NCBI GenBank assembly: GCA_038841535.1
Contig: JAWBTQ010000007.1
Coordinates: 39,451-71,059 of the forward strand
Direction of reading: 5' to 3'
Source of the DNA: Sulfolobales archaeon
GTDB lineage: Archaea > Thermoproteota > Thermoprotei_A > Sulfolobales > NBVN01
DNA length: 31,609 nt
A program made the translations under genes and the position numbers. Below, piece by piece: positions 1-9,970 of the stretch. The notes under the pieces are model-generated. The model had not been told where the DNA came from, searched no databases, and worked only from the letters and a program-made list of their open reading frames with translations. Within the stretch, counting starts at the first letter, position 1. Every line of letters begins with the position of its first letter.

Positions 1-263
1 TTACCAGTGTAAAACTCTACTTCGAAACTATCCGGAACAGCGCACGACTCTAGGTCGGCTACCTTAACAATAGACTCCAGTTCCGCACTAAGTTCAGCTT
101 CGTTAGAACAGTCCATACACGTACTAGTAAACCAGCATCCACCAAGTAACTGCCTAACACTTAAAACACTAGCGCTATATCTTCGGCGACTAATGAAGTC
201 CCTCGCTATGACGACCTCATCAACCCATTTGCTAATCGATACTACGTCTCTCCGCTTTATCAT
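1..263 (-). CDS. Partial CDS running off the window; possible TldD/PmbA-family N-terminus
   Basis: Open frame from ATG at 263: MIKRRDVVSISKWVDEVVIARDFISRRRYSASVLSVRQLLGGCWFTST... The segment SVRQLLGGCWFTST resembles the TldD GVRVLxxGxWGFAST motif. Not in the ORF track because it is truncated. Confidence 0.5.
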   Translation of the reverse strand, partial: MIKRRDVVSISKWVDEVVIARDFISRRRYSASVLSVRQLLGGCWFTSTCMDCSNEAELSAELESIVKVADLESCAVPDSFEVEFYTG

Positions 264-437
264 AACCGTACTACAGAGTTTTTCAGAAGTAATAACTCCA
301 ATACTGCTCCCAAGTCTTCAAGTGTGCTACTTTGCGAACTTTCCGGTAGACCGTTTTCGTAGACCTTCGTATCGGTTGATATCTAGCCTCTAAACTATCT
401 TCATCTTAAAGCCCGTAGAAGCCCTTTACCGCAATAA

Positions 438-697
438 CCGTTTGTCCTCGGGTATTCGCTATTGGTGTTCTTTAGTGTTTAGGGACTTCCACACTATTCA
501 CTCGGACCTCTACATCTGCGTGGGTTCGTGAGTGGCTGTCGAGCCCGATGGAACGGTGCTCCACATAGGTTGATCGACTCATACTCCGGGTGGCTTAGAG
601 CAGTGGTCGCTGTAGAAATATCAAAAGAAAACAGCTCAGTGGAGGGTTTCTGAGGTAGTTTTACGCATTAGTCACGTAACAACTAAAAAGGTGAATA
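438..697 (-). repeat. Dispersed ~260-bp non-coding element, copy 1 (homolog at 9971-10227)
   Basis: Shares colinear blocks with 9971-10227: ccgtttgtc (438/9971), gagtggctgtcgagc (530/10069), cttagagcagt (594/10135), cacgtaaca (673/10183). Confidence 0.75.
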
Positions 698-720
698 GAT
701 TCAGTTCACTGGTGTGCTAA

Positions 721-1527
721 ATGAGTAAGCAAAGAGCGTGGATTTTTACCTTAGGGACAGAGGTCGTTAGAGGAATAGTTGTTAACACTAATGCTGCCTT
801 TCTCGGCAAAAAGCTTTCTCAGCTAGGGTTTACTGTTGAGGGAGCAGTTTCCTTAATTGACGACAAGGAGCTCGTCGCGAAGTTCCTCAAGTACGTTGTG
901 AGCGAGTACGAGCCAGAGCTAGTTGTAACGACAGGGGGTTTAGGACCTACTTACGACGATATAACTCTTGAGGTTGTAGCGAAGGCTTTGAGTAAACCCC
1001 TAGTACTCAATAGTGAAGCTCTAGAGATGCTGAAAGAGAAGCTGGCTTCTAAGGGTTACGAGCTAACTAAAGAGAGAGTGAAAATGGCATACATGCCTGA
1101 AGGAGCGTCACCCATCCCCAACACTGTTGGTACGGCTCCGGGAGCCTTAATTAGGTATGGGAGCACTACTATAGTATGCCTACCGGGGGTTCCGCGTGAA
1201 ATGGAGGAGATGTGGTTGTACGTGGAGAACATGATTAGGGGCTCGATCGAAGTCTTCATGGCTGAAGGCTCTTTCGTATCCGTTGGAGTCCCCGAGGCAA
1301 TGCTAGCCCCAGTTCTAAAGAAGCTTTATGAAACCTATAGCTCCTCTTACATCAAGTCCCACCCTCGAGGTTACGAGCTATCGAACCCTGTCGTCGAGAT
1401 ATACGTTTCAGTGACGTCTAATAGCGATGCTAGTGCGAGGGCTTTAGTTAGAGAGATATGCAGTAAAATAGTTGAAGACGTAGTTAAACTTGGTGGGTCC
1501 ATCAGGGACTTCAGGTGTTCACCTTGA
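721..1527 (+). CDS. CinA-like molybdopterin-binding domain protein (NMN deamidase-related family)
   Basis: GTEVVRGIVVNTN, TTGGLGPTYDDIT, NTVGTAPG and LPGVPREM motifs. Confidence 0.88.
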   Translation: MSKQRAWIFTLGTEVVRGIVVNTNAAFLGKKLSQLGFTVEGAVSLIDDKELVAKFLKYVVSEYEPELVVTTGGLGPTYDDITLEVVAKALSKPLVLNSEALEMLKEKLASKGYELTKERVKMAYMPEGASPIPNTVGTAPGALIRYGSTTIVCLPGVPREMEEMWLYVENMIRGSIEVFMAEGSFVSVGVPEAMLAPVLKKLYETYSSSYIKSHPRGYELSNPVVEIYVSVTSNSDASARALVREICSKIVEDVVKLGGSIRDFRCSP

Positions 1528-1892
1528 GCACTATAGTGGCGCACGTAGAGCTTGGTGAATTAAGAGAGCAGAAGCTAGTTGAGAGTTCCGTTGAAGATGC
1601 TGTGAGGAACCTGCTCTTCGAGGTGCTGAGCCTATGGGACCCGAGGAGGTCTGACCTAGTGGTTACTAGAGAGAGGTTGCTGGACATTAAGCCGGAGCTC
1701 GCCGAGTACGGAGATGTGGATGTATACGTAGTTAGCTACGATATCGAGTGGCGAGACGATAGCGTTGTAGATAAAAGATTCTTTATTGTTATGAAGAACT
1801 TGGGTGAAGTTAGTACTGAGGTTATTTCTGAGCTCGTCAATCTCTCTAGGGTAGCGTTACTTGAGTTCGAGAAAGAAGTTAAGAGTATCTAA
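1515..1892 (+). CDS. Hypothetical protein
   Basis: 125-aa ORF overlapping the upstream stop, with protein-like acidic composition. The true start may be TTG at 1524. Confidence 0.65.
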   Translation: MFTLSTIVAHVELGELREQKLVESSVEDAVRNLLFEVLSLWDPRRSDLVVTRERLLDIKPELAEYGDVDVYVVSYDIEWRDDSVVDKRFFIVMKNLGEVSTEVISELVNLSRVALLEFEKEVKSI

Positions 1893-3869
1893 GTTATCGT
1901 AATTAGCATTGCTACCGTTCCTCGCATTGCTCTTTATGCTTAACGCTTTATACAGCTCGAGAACTAGCCGGACTTCATTCCTCTTCTTAGGTTCAAAAAA
2001 GTAGCCTAACTTGTAGCGCTCCAGTTTGTCGATGTATACTGACGCTATCGGGCAGACCTCTAGGCATATCCTACACGAAGAGCACTTTCTCTGGTCTACC
2101 TTAGGTCCATCTTCAGCTACGACCACGGCGTTATTCGGGCACCAGAAGCCACAGTTTCCACACTTAACGCACTTGTACCACCTAGAGACCAGCCTAACTA
2201 AGTTATACGCTACATCAGCAGCTTCGCTACCCTCGATCACGGCACTCCTTCTGTACAGTAAGACCTTAGTAGCAGAGTCTTTCGCTGGTTTAACTAGTAA
2301 GACAGTGCCGTCCTCACTAGTCCTACTCACAACTAGCCCCAGCACTGACTTCTGCGATACTATGGGTGTAGCTATATCGTAGAGTACTGATTCTATTACT
2401 AGAGACTTATCGAGAGGTTTTACCGTAACCTCTAGTCTGCTTCCTCTTAGCGGTCTAGTACGGTCAGCCGGAGTTCCCTCTGTTACTCTAGTTATGCCGA
2501 GGTACCTCGCTATCCTCTGCCTCCCTGGAGAGTTTCTCCTAAGCCACCTCCACAAATGGTATTTAACCCATTCATACGGCTGCTCAGTGACGTTTTGCCA
2601 TTTCAGAAGCTCGCGAACCCAAGTATTCCACAAGTCTGGATAGAGTCTTTCCACTAGGCAATACTCAGCTATGTTAGCGGATGGACAGAGGTAGCAACCA
2701 AGTCTATCAAATCCTTTCTTATAGAGTGTGTTGTAGGGGAGCTTGCGCTCAAATATGTAAAGCCACTCAGTCAGCTGGTCCCACGCCTGTATTGGAGACA
2801 TGTTGAGTACTGATGGAAGCCACTTGTTCCTCCAGAGATATCCTGACCTAAACCTATGTAGGGACTCGTAAGCTCTTTGACCGACTATAACGAGGGCTCC
2901 AGAGGGATGGTTTTCTCTATAGTATTTTGCTATAGGTGCGAGTTTAACTACTTTACAGCACCACCTGTAGTCTTTAGCTGGAGGTCCGTATGTATCTAGC
3001 GCTCGCCAGAAGATATCGCCGGAACTAACGTAGTCGAGCACGAGATTGAACGATCTCGACACCTCCTTAACGTTGCTCAACGTATCTGGTAACTCGAGTC
3101 CAGTATCGTTAAAGAGCATTCTTGGTTCAAGCCCTACCTCAAGACATATGTGCAGTGCCACGAGAGAATCCTTTCCACCAGAATAGGAAGCCACCAAGGG
3201 CTTCCGCAGCTTTTCAGTCAGAGAGTAAGCCTTAGATGCCGCTAGTGAAACGAACCTTCTCAGCCTGTACTCGTTACCCCTAAGTACATCTTCGATTGAC
3301 GCTCTCGGGCTAGCTATCGGGTAATTTGGAACTCTCTTAAAGACCTTCTGAACCCTGAAGACCCCTCCACGACTTACTGCTAAAGCAATGAGTCGACCTC
3401 CGCCGTCCACGACCGGTAGCTGTGAGCCCTCGGGACCTCCACACTTAATTACCTCTAAGGGTTTGACTCTGTCTCTCACTACGTAATCTACTTTTCTGTT
3501 ATCTATGAGCACCTGAGCTGAGGATTCAGAAAGCCTCCACCTCCAGGTCATACTCTTGATATCGAAGAGCAGCCTACCGATAACAACACCTCCAATGACG
3601 ACCTCTTTCATGTCGTCTATGAATGGAACCTTATTGAGAAAAGTCGAGCCCTCCGATACCCCCAGCAGTTTTTCGATGCTCGTATCACTAAACTCAGTGT
3701 AGAGAGCTTTACTTATATGGGCTAAGTCTTCTTCGAAGGCGGGGCGAATATCACCGGGATCTGTTAGACATACTCTAACTCCAACACTACCGCACTTTGA
3801 GCACTGAGGCTCTCTAAGGGGTATATTGCAGTTAGAGCACCACCATAGAGGTATCTTTATGGCTCTCAA
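1857..3869 (-). CDS. PAPS reductase family protein with N-terminal Zn ribbon and C-terminal 4Fe-4S dicluster domain
   Basis: SYSGGKDS PP-loop, RWCCKVVK and RLGCYLCP motifs; C-terminal CVKCGNCGFWCP and CSSCRICLEVCP. Confidence 0.88.
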   Translation of the reverse strand: MRAIKIPLWWCSNCNIPLREPQCSKCGSVGVRVCLTDPGDIRPAFEEDLAHISKALYTEFSDTSIEKLLGVSEGSTFLNKVPFIDDMKEVVIGGVVIGRLLFDIKSMTWRWRLSESSAQVLIDNRKVDYVVRDRVKPLEVIKCGGPEGSQLPVVDGGGRLIALAVSRGGVFRVQKVFKRVPNYPIASPRASIEDVLRGNEYRLRRFVSLAASKAYSLTEKLRKPLVASYSGGKDSLVALHICLEVGLEPRMLFNDTGLELPDTLSNVKEVSRSFNLVLDYVSSGDIFWRALDTYGPPAKDYRWCCKVVKLAPIAKYYRENHPSGALVIVGQRAYESLHRFRSGYLWRNKWLPSVLNMSPIQAWDQLTEWLYIFERKLPYNTLYKKGFDRLGCYLCPSANIAEYCLVERLYPDLWNTWVRELLKWQNVTEQPYEWVKYHLWRWLRRNSPGRQRIARYLGITRVTEGTPADRTRPLRGSRLEVTVKPLDKSLVIESVLYDIATPIVSQKSVLGLVVSRTSEDGTVLLVKPAKDSATKVLLYRRSAVIEGSEAADVAYNLVRLVSRWYKCVKCGNCGFWCPNNAVVVAEDGPKVDQRKCSSCRICLEVCPIASVYIDKLERYKLGYFFEPKKRNEVRLVLELYKALSIKSNARNGSNANYDNLDTLNFFLELK

Positions 3870-4020
3870 TACCCGCTTTCCAAAATCTCTAGCTAATTCT
3901 AGTATTAAGTACCAACCAGAGGAACAACCTACTTAAACCTTCGACTTTTGGGTATTAGAGCCGCTTTTTGTGAGCTAGATCGCATACCGAGAAATCGAGG
4001 TTACAGCAGACGAGCCCAGC

Positions 4021-4233
4021 TATATAAGAGAGCTAAGACTCTAACTTATGGTAGTAGATGGCGGTAGATGTTGAAGAATCCGGGATCTGATGTTTCAGCA
4101 TATGATGTAGCTTAACTTAGCTGAACTACGTAGGTTCTCGCCACTACTAAGTTGAAGCTAACCAACGTATCGACCAACCTTGCACCATTAGAATAGCACC
4201 AACCAGTACAAATCGATGTTGAAACCAAAACGG
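4021..4233 (+). ncRNA. Putative promoter plus structured RNA cassette ending in AAAACGG
   Basis: TATATAAG at 4021-4028; tagtagatggcg (4052-4063) pairs with cgccactacta (4139-4149); A/C-rich tail ending AAAACGG at 4233; no ORF. Confidence 0.4.
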
Positions 4234-4511
4234 TAAGCGTGGTCTTGTAGTTGTTTTAGTGAAGGTTTATTGAGGTTTCGGTATTGTTTTTACGTTAGTG
4301 ATGGGTTTAGTGTATTCTCCGACCTTAGGGGTGTTGGCGGGGTATGCCCGGAGTTTCTCGGTGATGAATAAGGAGGTTTATATGCGGACCCCGTGCTGCC
4401 GGGATTGAAGGGGCTTGTGGCTCCTGTGTGGGGTATTCGGTAGCGACGTTGAACCGCGGGGTCTAGACCCAGCCGCTCCAGAAAAGCCTAAAGAAACCTC
4501 GGGTGGAAACG
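4234..4511 (+). mobile_element. Putative non-autonomous IS200/605/607-derived (tnpB-end-like) element
   Basis: gaccccgtg/cgcggggtc and ctgccg/cggtag stems; GTGATGA at 4361; tail ccagaaaagcctaaagaaacctcgggtggaaacg resembles 30137-30170. Confidence 0.4.
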
Positions 4512-4656
4512 ATATAAAAACTTCGTCACTCAGGCATACTTTGCGAGAACTACGCTATCTTTGCGAGCTCTGAGTACTTAGAGAAGGGGTTCTACGCTTT
4601 ATGAAGTAGACTGCGTTGAGTATTTGCTGTCTCAGGAGCTTTCGCACGACCATGAG

Positions 4657-5745
4657 TTAAGTTATCTGGAGACCTCTCGAGAGGATCCAGTCTCTAAGTA
4701 GGCCTACTACAACAATGGGGCTCTTCCTCACTTCACTTAAGGTGCTCACACCTAGGGAAGCTAGCAGAGATTTCATGCCAGCTACGAATCCCTCCAAGAA
4801 CTCGTTAAGCTGGTTCTTTGAGTAAGCAACTAGTATAGGTCTCGCTAGACCTACGACGTTAGCTCCCAGTCTTAGAGCTTTTACTGCGTCATAGGGGGTC
4901 CTTATCCCACCACTCCCGATGATCGTGATGTCGTCGGAAACGCTTCTAACTTCTACTATAGAGACTGCTGTAGGTATTCCAACCTCTTTTATTCCATCGG
5001 CAATATACCGTTTAACGGCGTTGTTGGTAGATATAGCTCTGTGTAGCTCCACGAGGGCCCAGTTAGTGCCGCCACAACCAGCAACATCGATGTATCTCAC
5101 CCCACTAGAGTATAGCTCAACAGCGAATTCTCTACTAATGCCGAAGCCAACTTCTTTTACAACTATTGGCACTGGACTTAATTCAGCAGTCTTAGAAAGA
5201 ACTTCGAGGCCTTTCGATAGGCCGGCGAGCCCCTCAGGCTGAACTATTTCTTGGAAGTAGTTTAGGTGTATTGCTATAGCATCGACTTCCAAGATCGATA
5301 CTAGAGAATCTACTACGGCAGGTCCGTATCTAATTAGCTCGCTAATACCCAGGTTACCTACTACAGGTATCTCCGCACACACATCTCTAACAACTTTATA
5401 CGTATAGGCAAGCTCCTCCGATTCGAGAGCAGCTCTCTGGCTACCCAGGCCTAGAGCTATATTGAACCTGCACGCAGCTTCAGCGAGAGACCTATTTATT
5501 GCTTCAGTTCCAGGAGCTCCTCCTGTCATTCCAGTTATCATTAGTGGAGCGGATATCTCCTTCCCTAGGAAACTGAAGTTGATCGACACTCTCTCCGGGT
5601 CTACGACTGGTAGTGCTCTATGAGGTAGGAAGACGTACTCAAACCAAGTTGTCGCAGGTCCCTCAACAGGCTTAGTTAGGACTATCTCGATGTGCTCTAG
5701 CTTCCTTTTAGCTGTTTTCTCACTCTCACCTTCTTTCAGTAACAT
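4657..5745 (-). CDS. fni: Type 2 (FMN-dependent) isopentenyl-diphosphate delta-isomerase
   Basis: RKLEHI, ITGMTGG, GSQRAA, HLNYFQEIVQPEG, VKEVGFG, DVAGCGGT and GSGGIR motifs. Confidence 0.95.
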   Translation of the reverse strand: MLLKEGESEKTAKRKLEHIEIVLTKPVEGPATTWFEYVFLPHRALPVVDPERVSINFSFLGKEISAPLMITGMTGGAPGTEAINRSLAEAACRFNIALGLGSQRAALESEELAYTYKVVRDVCAEIPVVGNLGISELIRYGPAVVDSLVSILEVDAIAIHLNYFQEIVQPEGLAGLSKGLEVLSKTAELSPVPIVVKEVGFGISREFAVELYSSGVRYIDVAGCGGTNWALVELHRAISTNNAVKRYIADGIKEVGIPTAVSIVEVRSVSDDITIIGSGGIRTPYDAVKALRLGANVVGLARPILVAYSKNQLNEFLEGFVAGMKSLLASLGVSTLSEVRKSPIVVVGLLRDWILSRGLQIT

Positions 5746-6527
5746 ACTACTGAACCCACAAAGTTATCTGATGTGAGAGCACTATAAAGGTTGTTCTCAA
5801 TGAAGCCACCCACGATCTTGACCGTAACGTTGCGCAATCCGAGAGCCCTCCCCTCGTAGAGCTTTCTCACCATACCCCCCGTTACATCTACTTCAGAAGA
5901 GCTCTTAGAGAGAAAGCTCAAGACCTCGTCTATGGAAGCTTTCGCAATCTTTCTAGCACTGGGGTTTATCTTTGGGTCATTGTCATAGAGACCATCAACA
6001 TCTGTTACAAACAGTATTTCACCTATTTTTAGCTCTCTAGCGATATACCAGGCTAGCGTATCACCTGAGATAACCTCGAATCCCCAATTCGAGGGAACTA
6101 CGTCACCATACGTAAGTGGTATCAGCCCCCTGTAGAGAAGAGTAGCTAGAGTTTCAATATGGCATACAGGGTCTTTAGACGCTATAGAGCAGAAACTTCT
6201 AGGAGGTAAAGAGACTACGGGTAGCCCAGCAGCTATAGCGTATTTCTTCAAGACGTAGTTGAGAGTGTCCATAGAATCAGCAGTTTTAACGTAACAGTCT
6301 CTATCAATAACGCCATGCCTCGAGACGCATTCTTTGACTATGGGGTGACCGTAGCTTCCGCCCCCATGTATAACCACGACTCTAGCACTCTCACCGGACT
6401 CCCTATAGTATCTAGCGAGCTCACCGATAAGCCTCTTAGCAACATCTACTCTAAGAGCCTTAAACTTATCCTTGATAGTGATAACAGAACCCCCTAGTTT
6501 GACCACCTTAGTTGCTACTTGTTCCAA
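5736..6527 (-). CDS. ipk: Isopentenyl phosphate kinase (amino-acid kinase family)
   Basis: KLGGSVIT, HGGGSYGH, SGD, TDVDG and DVTGGM motifs; overlaps fni. Confidence 0.9.
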   Translation of the reverse strand: MEQVATKVVKLGGSVITIKDKFKALRVDVAKRLIGELARYYRESGESARVVVIHGGGSYGHPIVKECVSRHGVIDRDCYVKTADSMDTLNYVLKKYAIAAGLPVVSLPPRSFCSIASKDPVCHIETLATLLYRGLIPLTYGDVVPSNWGFEVISGDTLAWYIARELKIGEILFVTDVDGLYDNDPKINPSARKIAKASIDEVLSFLSKSSSEVDVTGGMVRKLYEGRALGLRNVTVKIVGGFIENNLYSALTSDNFVGSVVCY

Positions 6528-6683
6528 GCAGCTACCCCCGCAACTAAAGAAGCGACCGCAATAAAACAGATAACCACGCAGGCAAAGACATCAAGCAATT
6601 CATTAGTGGTATTTTACTCGAGCCGATACTACGCTATGTAAGTGGAGCTCTAAAGCTAAACTGTGTGGTGAGTAGCTAGTTCT

Positions 6684-7160
6684 TTATTCGATGTTTTTTA
6701 GACTTTCTCTTAAAAACTCCTCTGGAAGCGAAGTGTGTTGCTTAACGACGTTAACGATAATTGCTGGACACAGTTCTCTAACTCCGCTAAGTCCCTCTAT
6801 CTCTTTTATCTTAGATAGTAGCTCTTTAGCGTTCTTGGCCCATACTTCAGCCATAATCTCGTGGTCTCCAGAGGTTATAGCCACGAATGTCGTATCCTGT
6901 CTATTGGATAGAATGTCGGCTATCTCAACTACTTTACCTGGTTCAGCGTTTATTCCAATTAAAGCTACAGCCTCATACCCGAGTTCTCTCGAGCTTACTA
7001 TTAGTCTGTAGCCTAAGACCACCTTACTATTCTCTAGCTTTTGTAGTCTCTTCTTTGTTGCTACATCTGATACCTTTATGGCACTAGCTATCGAGGTGAT
7101 AGTTGCCCTAGCGTTTTTTGCCAATAAAGCAAGTATGGCTTTATCTTTATCGTCTATCAA
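6684..7160 (-). CDS. Lrp/AsnC family transcriptional regulator
   Basis: DDKDKAILALLAKNAR N-terminal HTH followed by a RAM domain (TSGDHEI). Confidence 0.9.
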   Translation of the reverse strand: MIDDKDKAILALLAKNARATITSIASAIKVSDVATKKRLQKLENSKVVLGYRLIVSSRELGYEAVALIGINAEPGKVVEIADILSNRQDTTFVAITSGDHEIMAEVWAKNAKELLSKIKEIEGLSGVRELCPAIIVNVVKQHTSLPEEFLRESLKNIE

Positions 7161-7178
7161 AACTATCTACCGGCCTTA

Positions 7179-7502
7179 TTAGCCAAATAACGCCGAAATC
7201 CCTTCAGCAATAGCTTCTTCTCCAACTTCTTCCTTTTTCTCTTCTTCCTTCTTTTCTTCAGATGGCTTTGCTGCTGTTTGAACTGGTGCTGTAGTAGCTG
7301 GTTGAACAGCTACAGCAGGTGCAAACGTAGTTGCCTGACGGATTACGTCATTTATGTTTATTTCTCTTAAAGCAGTAACTATCATCTTTAATCTAACCTC
7401 ATCTACAGCTATTCCAGCGGCTTCCAGCACCCTCTTCAGAGCTTCCTCACTTATTTCCTTCCCAGCAGAGTGCAGGAGTAGTGAGGCGTATATGTACTCC
7501 AT
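7179..7502 (-). CDS. rpl12: 50S ribosomal protein P1 (L12)
   Basis: MEYIYASLLLH N-terminus, Ala-rich hinge, acidic tail ending ALFG. Confidence 0.97.
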   Translation of the reverse strand: MEYIYASLLLHSAGKEISEEALKRVLEAAGIAVDEVRLKMIVTALREININDVIRQATTFAPAVAVQPATTAPVQTAAKPSEEKKEEEKKEEVGEEAIAEGISALFG

Positions 7503-7574
7503 GCTCCTATTACCCCCAAACTTTTAGGTTAGTACTTTAAAAGCTTTGCGAATCCTTGTTCATTCGGGGAGCAT

Positions 7575-8654
7575 ATGTACAAGCTTAAATGCCTTAAGTG
7601 TGGGCGAGAGGTAAGTCCTCTATCTACAAGTAGCGTGTGTCCTGAGTGCCACGAGCCTCTCTTCCTAGATATCAGCTTAGATAAAGCAACTACTAGAGAA
7701 GGTGTTAGTAGCTTAGTACCCGAAGAACTCAAGAAGGTGACTCTAGGGGAGGGGAGGACCCCGCTAATAGATCAAGGGAGGTTCCTATTTAAACTAGAGT
7801 TCTTAAACCCTACCGGCTCTTTTAAAGATAGGGGTGCGGCTCTAACCATATCGAGAGCATTAATGGCGGGATGGAAAACTGTTATTGAAGATTCTTCAGG
7901 TAATGCCGGAATAGCTACCGCCGCCTACTCCGCTAGAGCAGGCATTAAGGCAAAGATCTACGCTCCAGCTGACGCACCTCAGGGTAAGCTGAGACTCATA
8001 AGAGCTTTCGGGGCTGAACTTGAGACTGTTAAGACAAGAGATGATGCCCATAGAGCAGCTCTAGAAGATCGAAGTGGTGTCTATATTGGCCACGTTGTTG
8101 AACCATTCTTTATAGAGGGTATGAAGGACATAGCCCTCGAGCTGGTTTATTCGGGGAAGAAGTTTGAAGCAGTAGTAGTACCGGTGGCTTCGGGTACTAT
8201 GTTTCTAGGCCTATACAAAGGCTTCGAAGAGCTCGTTAAGCTGGGGATAGTGAGCGAAATACCTACTCTAGTACCCGTTGAAGCTTGTGGGTACGCTAAG
8301 CTCTCCCACCACTTAAAGAAAGTATCAATAGCGTGTGAAGAAGGTGGGAAAAGCCTCTTAGCTGATGCACTTAGGTTGACCATAGTACCTCGACTCCACC
8401 AGATTACTGAACGAGTCAAGAAGGTGTCTCCTTACGTAGTCATAGTTGGAGACGACTGTATTGGAAAGGCTGTTAGAGAGCTCTACTCGATGGGTCTTCC
8501 AGTAGAGCCGAGCAGTGCGGCAGTATACGCAGCAGCAAAATATGTTGCTAAAGACTTTGGTGGGAGAGTAGTTGTCCCATTAACTGGTAATGGACTAAAG
8601 TACGTGCCAACACCTAGCGAGCCTCTCGATAGATACCTATACGGAGGACCTTGA
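7575..8654 (+). CDS. Threonine synthase-like PLP-dependent enzyme
   Basis: N-terminal CxxC..CxxC, LGEGRTP, NPTGSFKDRG, DSSGNAG, EPSSA and TGNGLK motifs. Confidence 0.85.
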   Translation: MYKLKCLKCGREVSPLSTSSVCPECHEPLFLDISLDKATTREGVSSLVPEELKKVTLGEGRTPLIDQGRFLFKLEFLNPTGSFKDRGAALTISRALMAGWKTVIEDSSGNAGIATAAYSARAGIKAKIYAPADAPQGKLRLIRAFGAELETVKTRDDAHRAALEDRSGVYIGHVVEPFFIEGMKDIALELVYSGKKFEAVVVPVASGTMFLGLYKGFEELVKLGIVSEIPTLVPVEACGYAKLSHHLKKVSIACEEGGKSLLADALRLTIVPRLHQITERVKKVSPYVVIVGDDCIGKAVRELYSMGLPVEPSSAAVYAAAKYVAKDFGGRVVVPLTGNGLKYVPTPSEPLDRYLYGGP

Positions 8655-8747
8655 CTGCCGTGTTTATACTGAGCAGCCACTTTAGGCTGTCTCTGCGATG
8701 CGTAATTAAAGCTACTCGATATTTAGGTTTAAACACAGTAATTATGT

Positions 8748-9680
8748 TTGGATAGAGTAGGTCTGGTAAGTATGTTGAGTAAACCCTGTGCGGAATTGGG
8801 CGATAGAGTTGCTCTATCGAAGATCCTGTCTATAGCTGAGGTTAACTCGCTAAAAGCTCTAATCACGCTCTCCGAGTGCTTAGTTAGAGAGCCTAAGTCC
8901 GCTGTTATCGGGATTACGGGTCCGCAGGGAGTGGGTAAGTCAACGATAATTTCATGCCTTATTAGGGAGCTAAGTAGTAGAGGCTATAGAGTTGCTGCTC
9001 TATTAGTAGACCCTTCCTCCCCCCTTACTGGTGGTGCTGTCTTAGGCAACAGACTGAGGATGGCAGACCTACCGAGTGATACTTTCGCTAGGAGCATATG
9101 GGCGGAAGATGAAAGGTCTATTCCGCTTAGAGCAGTAACTTCACTCGAGGTACTGGAGTCTGCCGGCTATGATTTCATATTCGTTGAAACCCCGGGTGCT
9201 GGTCAAGTTAATACAGGTATTCTGAGAGTTAGTGACGTAGTTGTTGTAGTCTTGATGCCGTTCCTAGGGGACGAGGTTCAGGTAATAAAAGCGGGTCTAA
9301 TGGAGATCGGGGATATCTACGTAGTGAATAAGGCTGACGTACCTGAGGCAGACCTTATGTACGGGTACGTCAAGTCTCTTGTAAAAGACAAGCCGGTAGT
9401 CAAGATCTCGGCACTATATAGGAAGAACGTGGGTGAGCTGATCGAGACAATAAGGGTGGAACTCGAGAGAAGGGACTTAAAGGGTGAGAGAGTAAGAAAG
9501 AGAGTGGAGAGAAGAAAGTACATAGTAGAGGAAACTCTAGTAGAACTACTACACCAGTTAGTTAGAGAAGAGCTCAGCACAGTCGGTGGTGAGGAGCTTT
9601 TAAAGAATCCCAGTGATTTTACAGATTTACTAAGAGGCTTAAAAACCAGGCTAGCAAAAAGAATTGTGGAGGGCCCGTAG
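8748..9680 (+). CDS. meaB: MeaB/ArgK-family GTPase
   Basis: GPQGVGKST P-loop, DPSSPLTGGAVLGNRLRM, ETPGAGQ, KAGLMEIGDIYVVNKAD. Confidence 0.85.
   Translation: MDRVGLVSMLSKPCAELGDRVALSKILSIAEVNSLKALITLSECLVREPKSAVIGITGPQGVGKSTIISCLIRELSSRGYRVAALLVDPSSPLTGGAVLGNRLRMADLPSDTFARSIWAEDERSIPLRAVTSLEVLESAGYDFIFVETPGAGQVNTGILRVSDVVVVVLMPFLGDEVQVIKAGLMEIGDIYVVNKADVPEADLMYGYVKSLVKDKPVVKISALYRKNVGELIETIRVELERRDLKGERVRKRVERRKYIVEETLVELLHQLVREELSTVGGEELLKNPSDFTDLLRGLKTRLAKRIVEGP
9639..9645 (+). promoter_or_regulatory. Probable TATA box of tRNA-Pro, inside the meaB CDS
   Basis: TTAAAAA about 26 nt upstream of the tRNA 5' end. Confidence 0.55.
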
Positions 9681-9766
9681 TTTAGCTTGGCAGAATGCGG
9701 GGTTCGGGTCCTCTCTTCACACGGCGGAAATCCCCGTGGTCCGGGGTTCAAATCCCCGCGGGCCCA
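9671..9766 (+). tRNA. tRNA-Pro(CGG) with a 22-nt canonical intron (9709-9730)
   Basis: Acceptor stem GGGCCCG/CGGGCCC-A; anticodon stem CGGGG/CCCCG with CGG at 9705-9707; T arm CGGGG-TTCAAAT-CCCCG; bulge-helix-bulge (TTCG pairs with CGGA, bulges GG|T and AA|T); CCA not encoded. Confidence 0.95.
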
Positions 9767-9970
9767 CTCACCACACTACAGCTTTGTGGTTACTTCCAAC
9801 CACTTTGAGGTGATGGCACTCGGCTCTACGAGATAGAATGGCCTTTGTTTATTTCAAGAAGGAACGACGGTAGGCTGAGGCGTTAAGGCGGCTTTAGCTA
9901 TCTGCGCTTCTCAATACTTGCGGGTTCTATCAGTGATACTCTCCACGTTTAACACTACTTTAAGTAGGTA

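Noticed and set aside
4300-4510. RNase P or SRP RNA
   Set aside because: No GAGGAAAGUCC (P4) or SRP helix 8 signature recognised.
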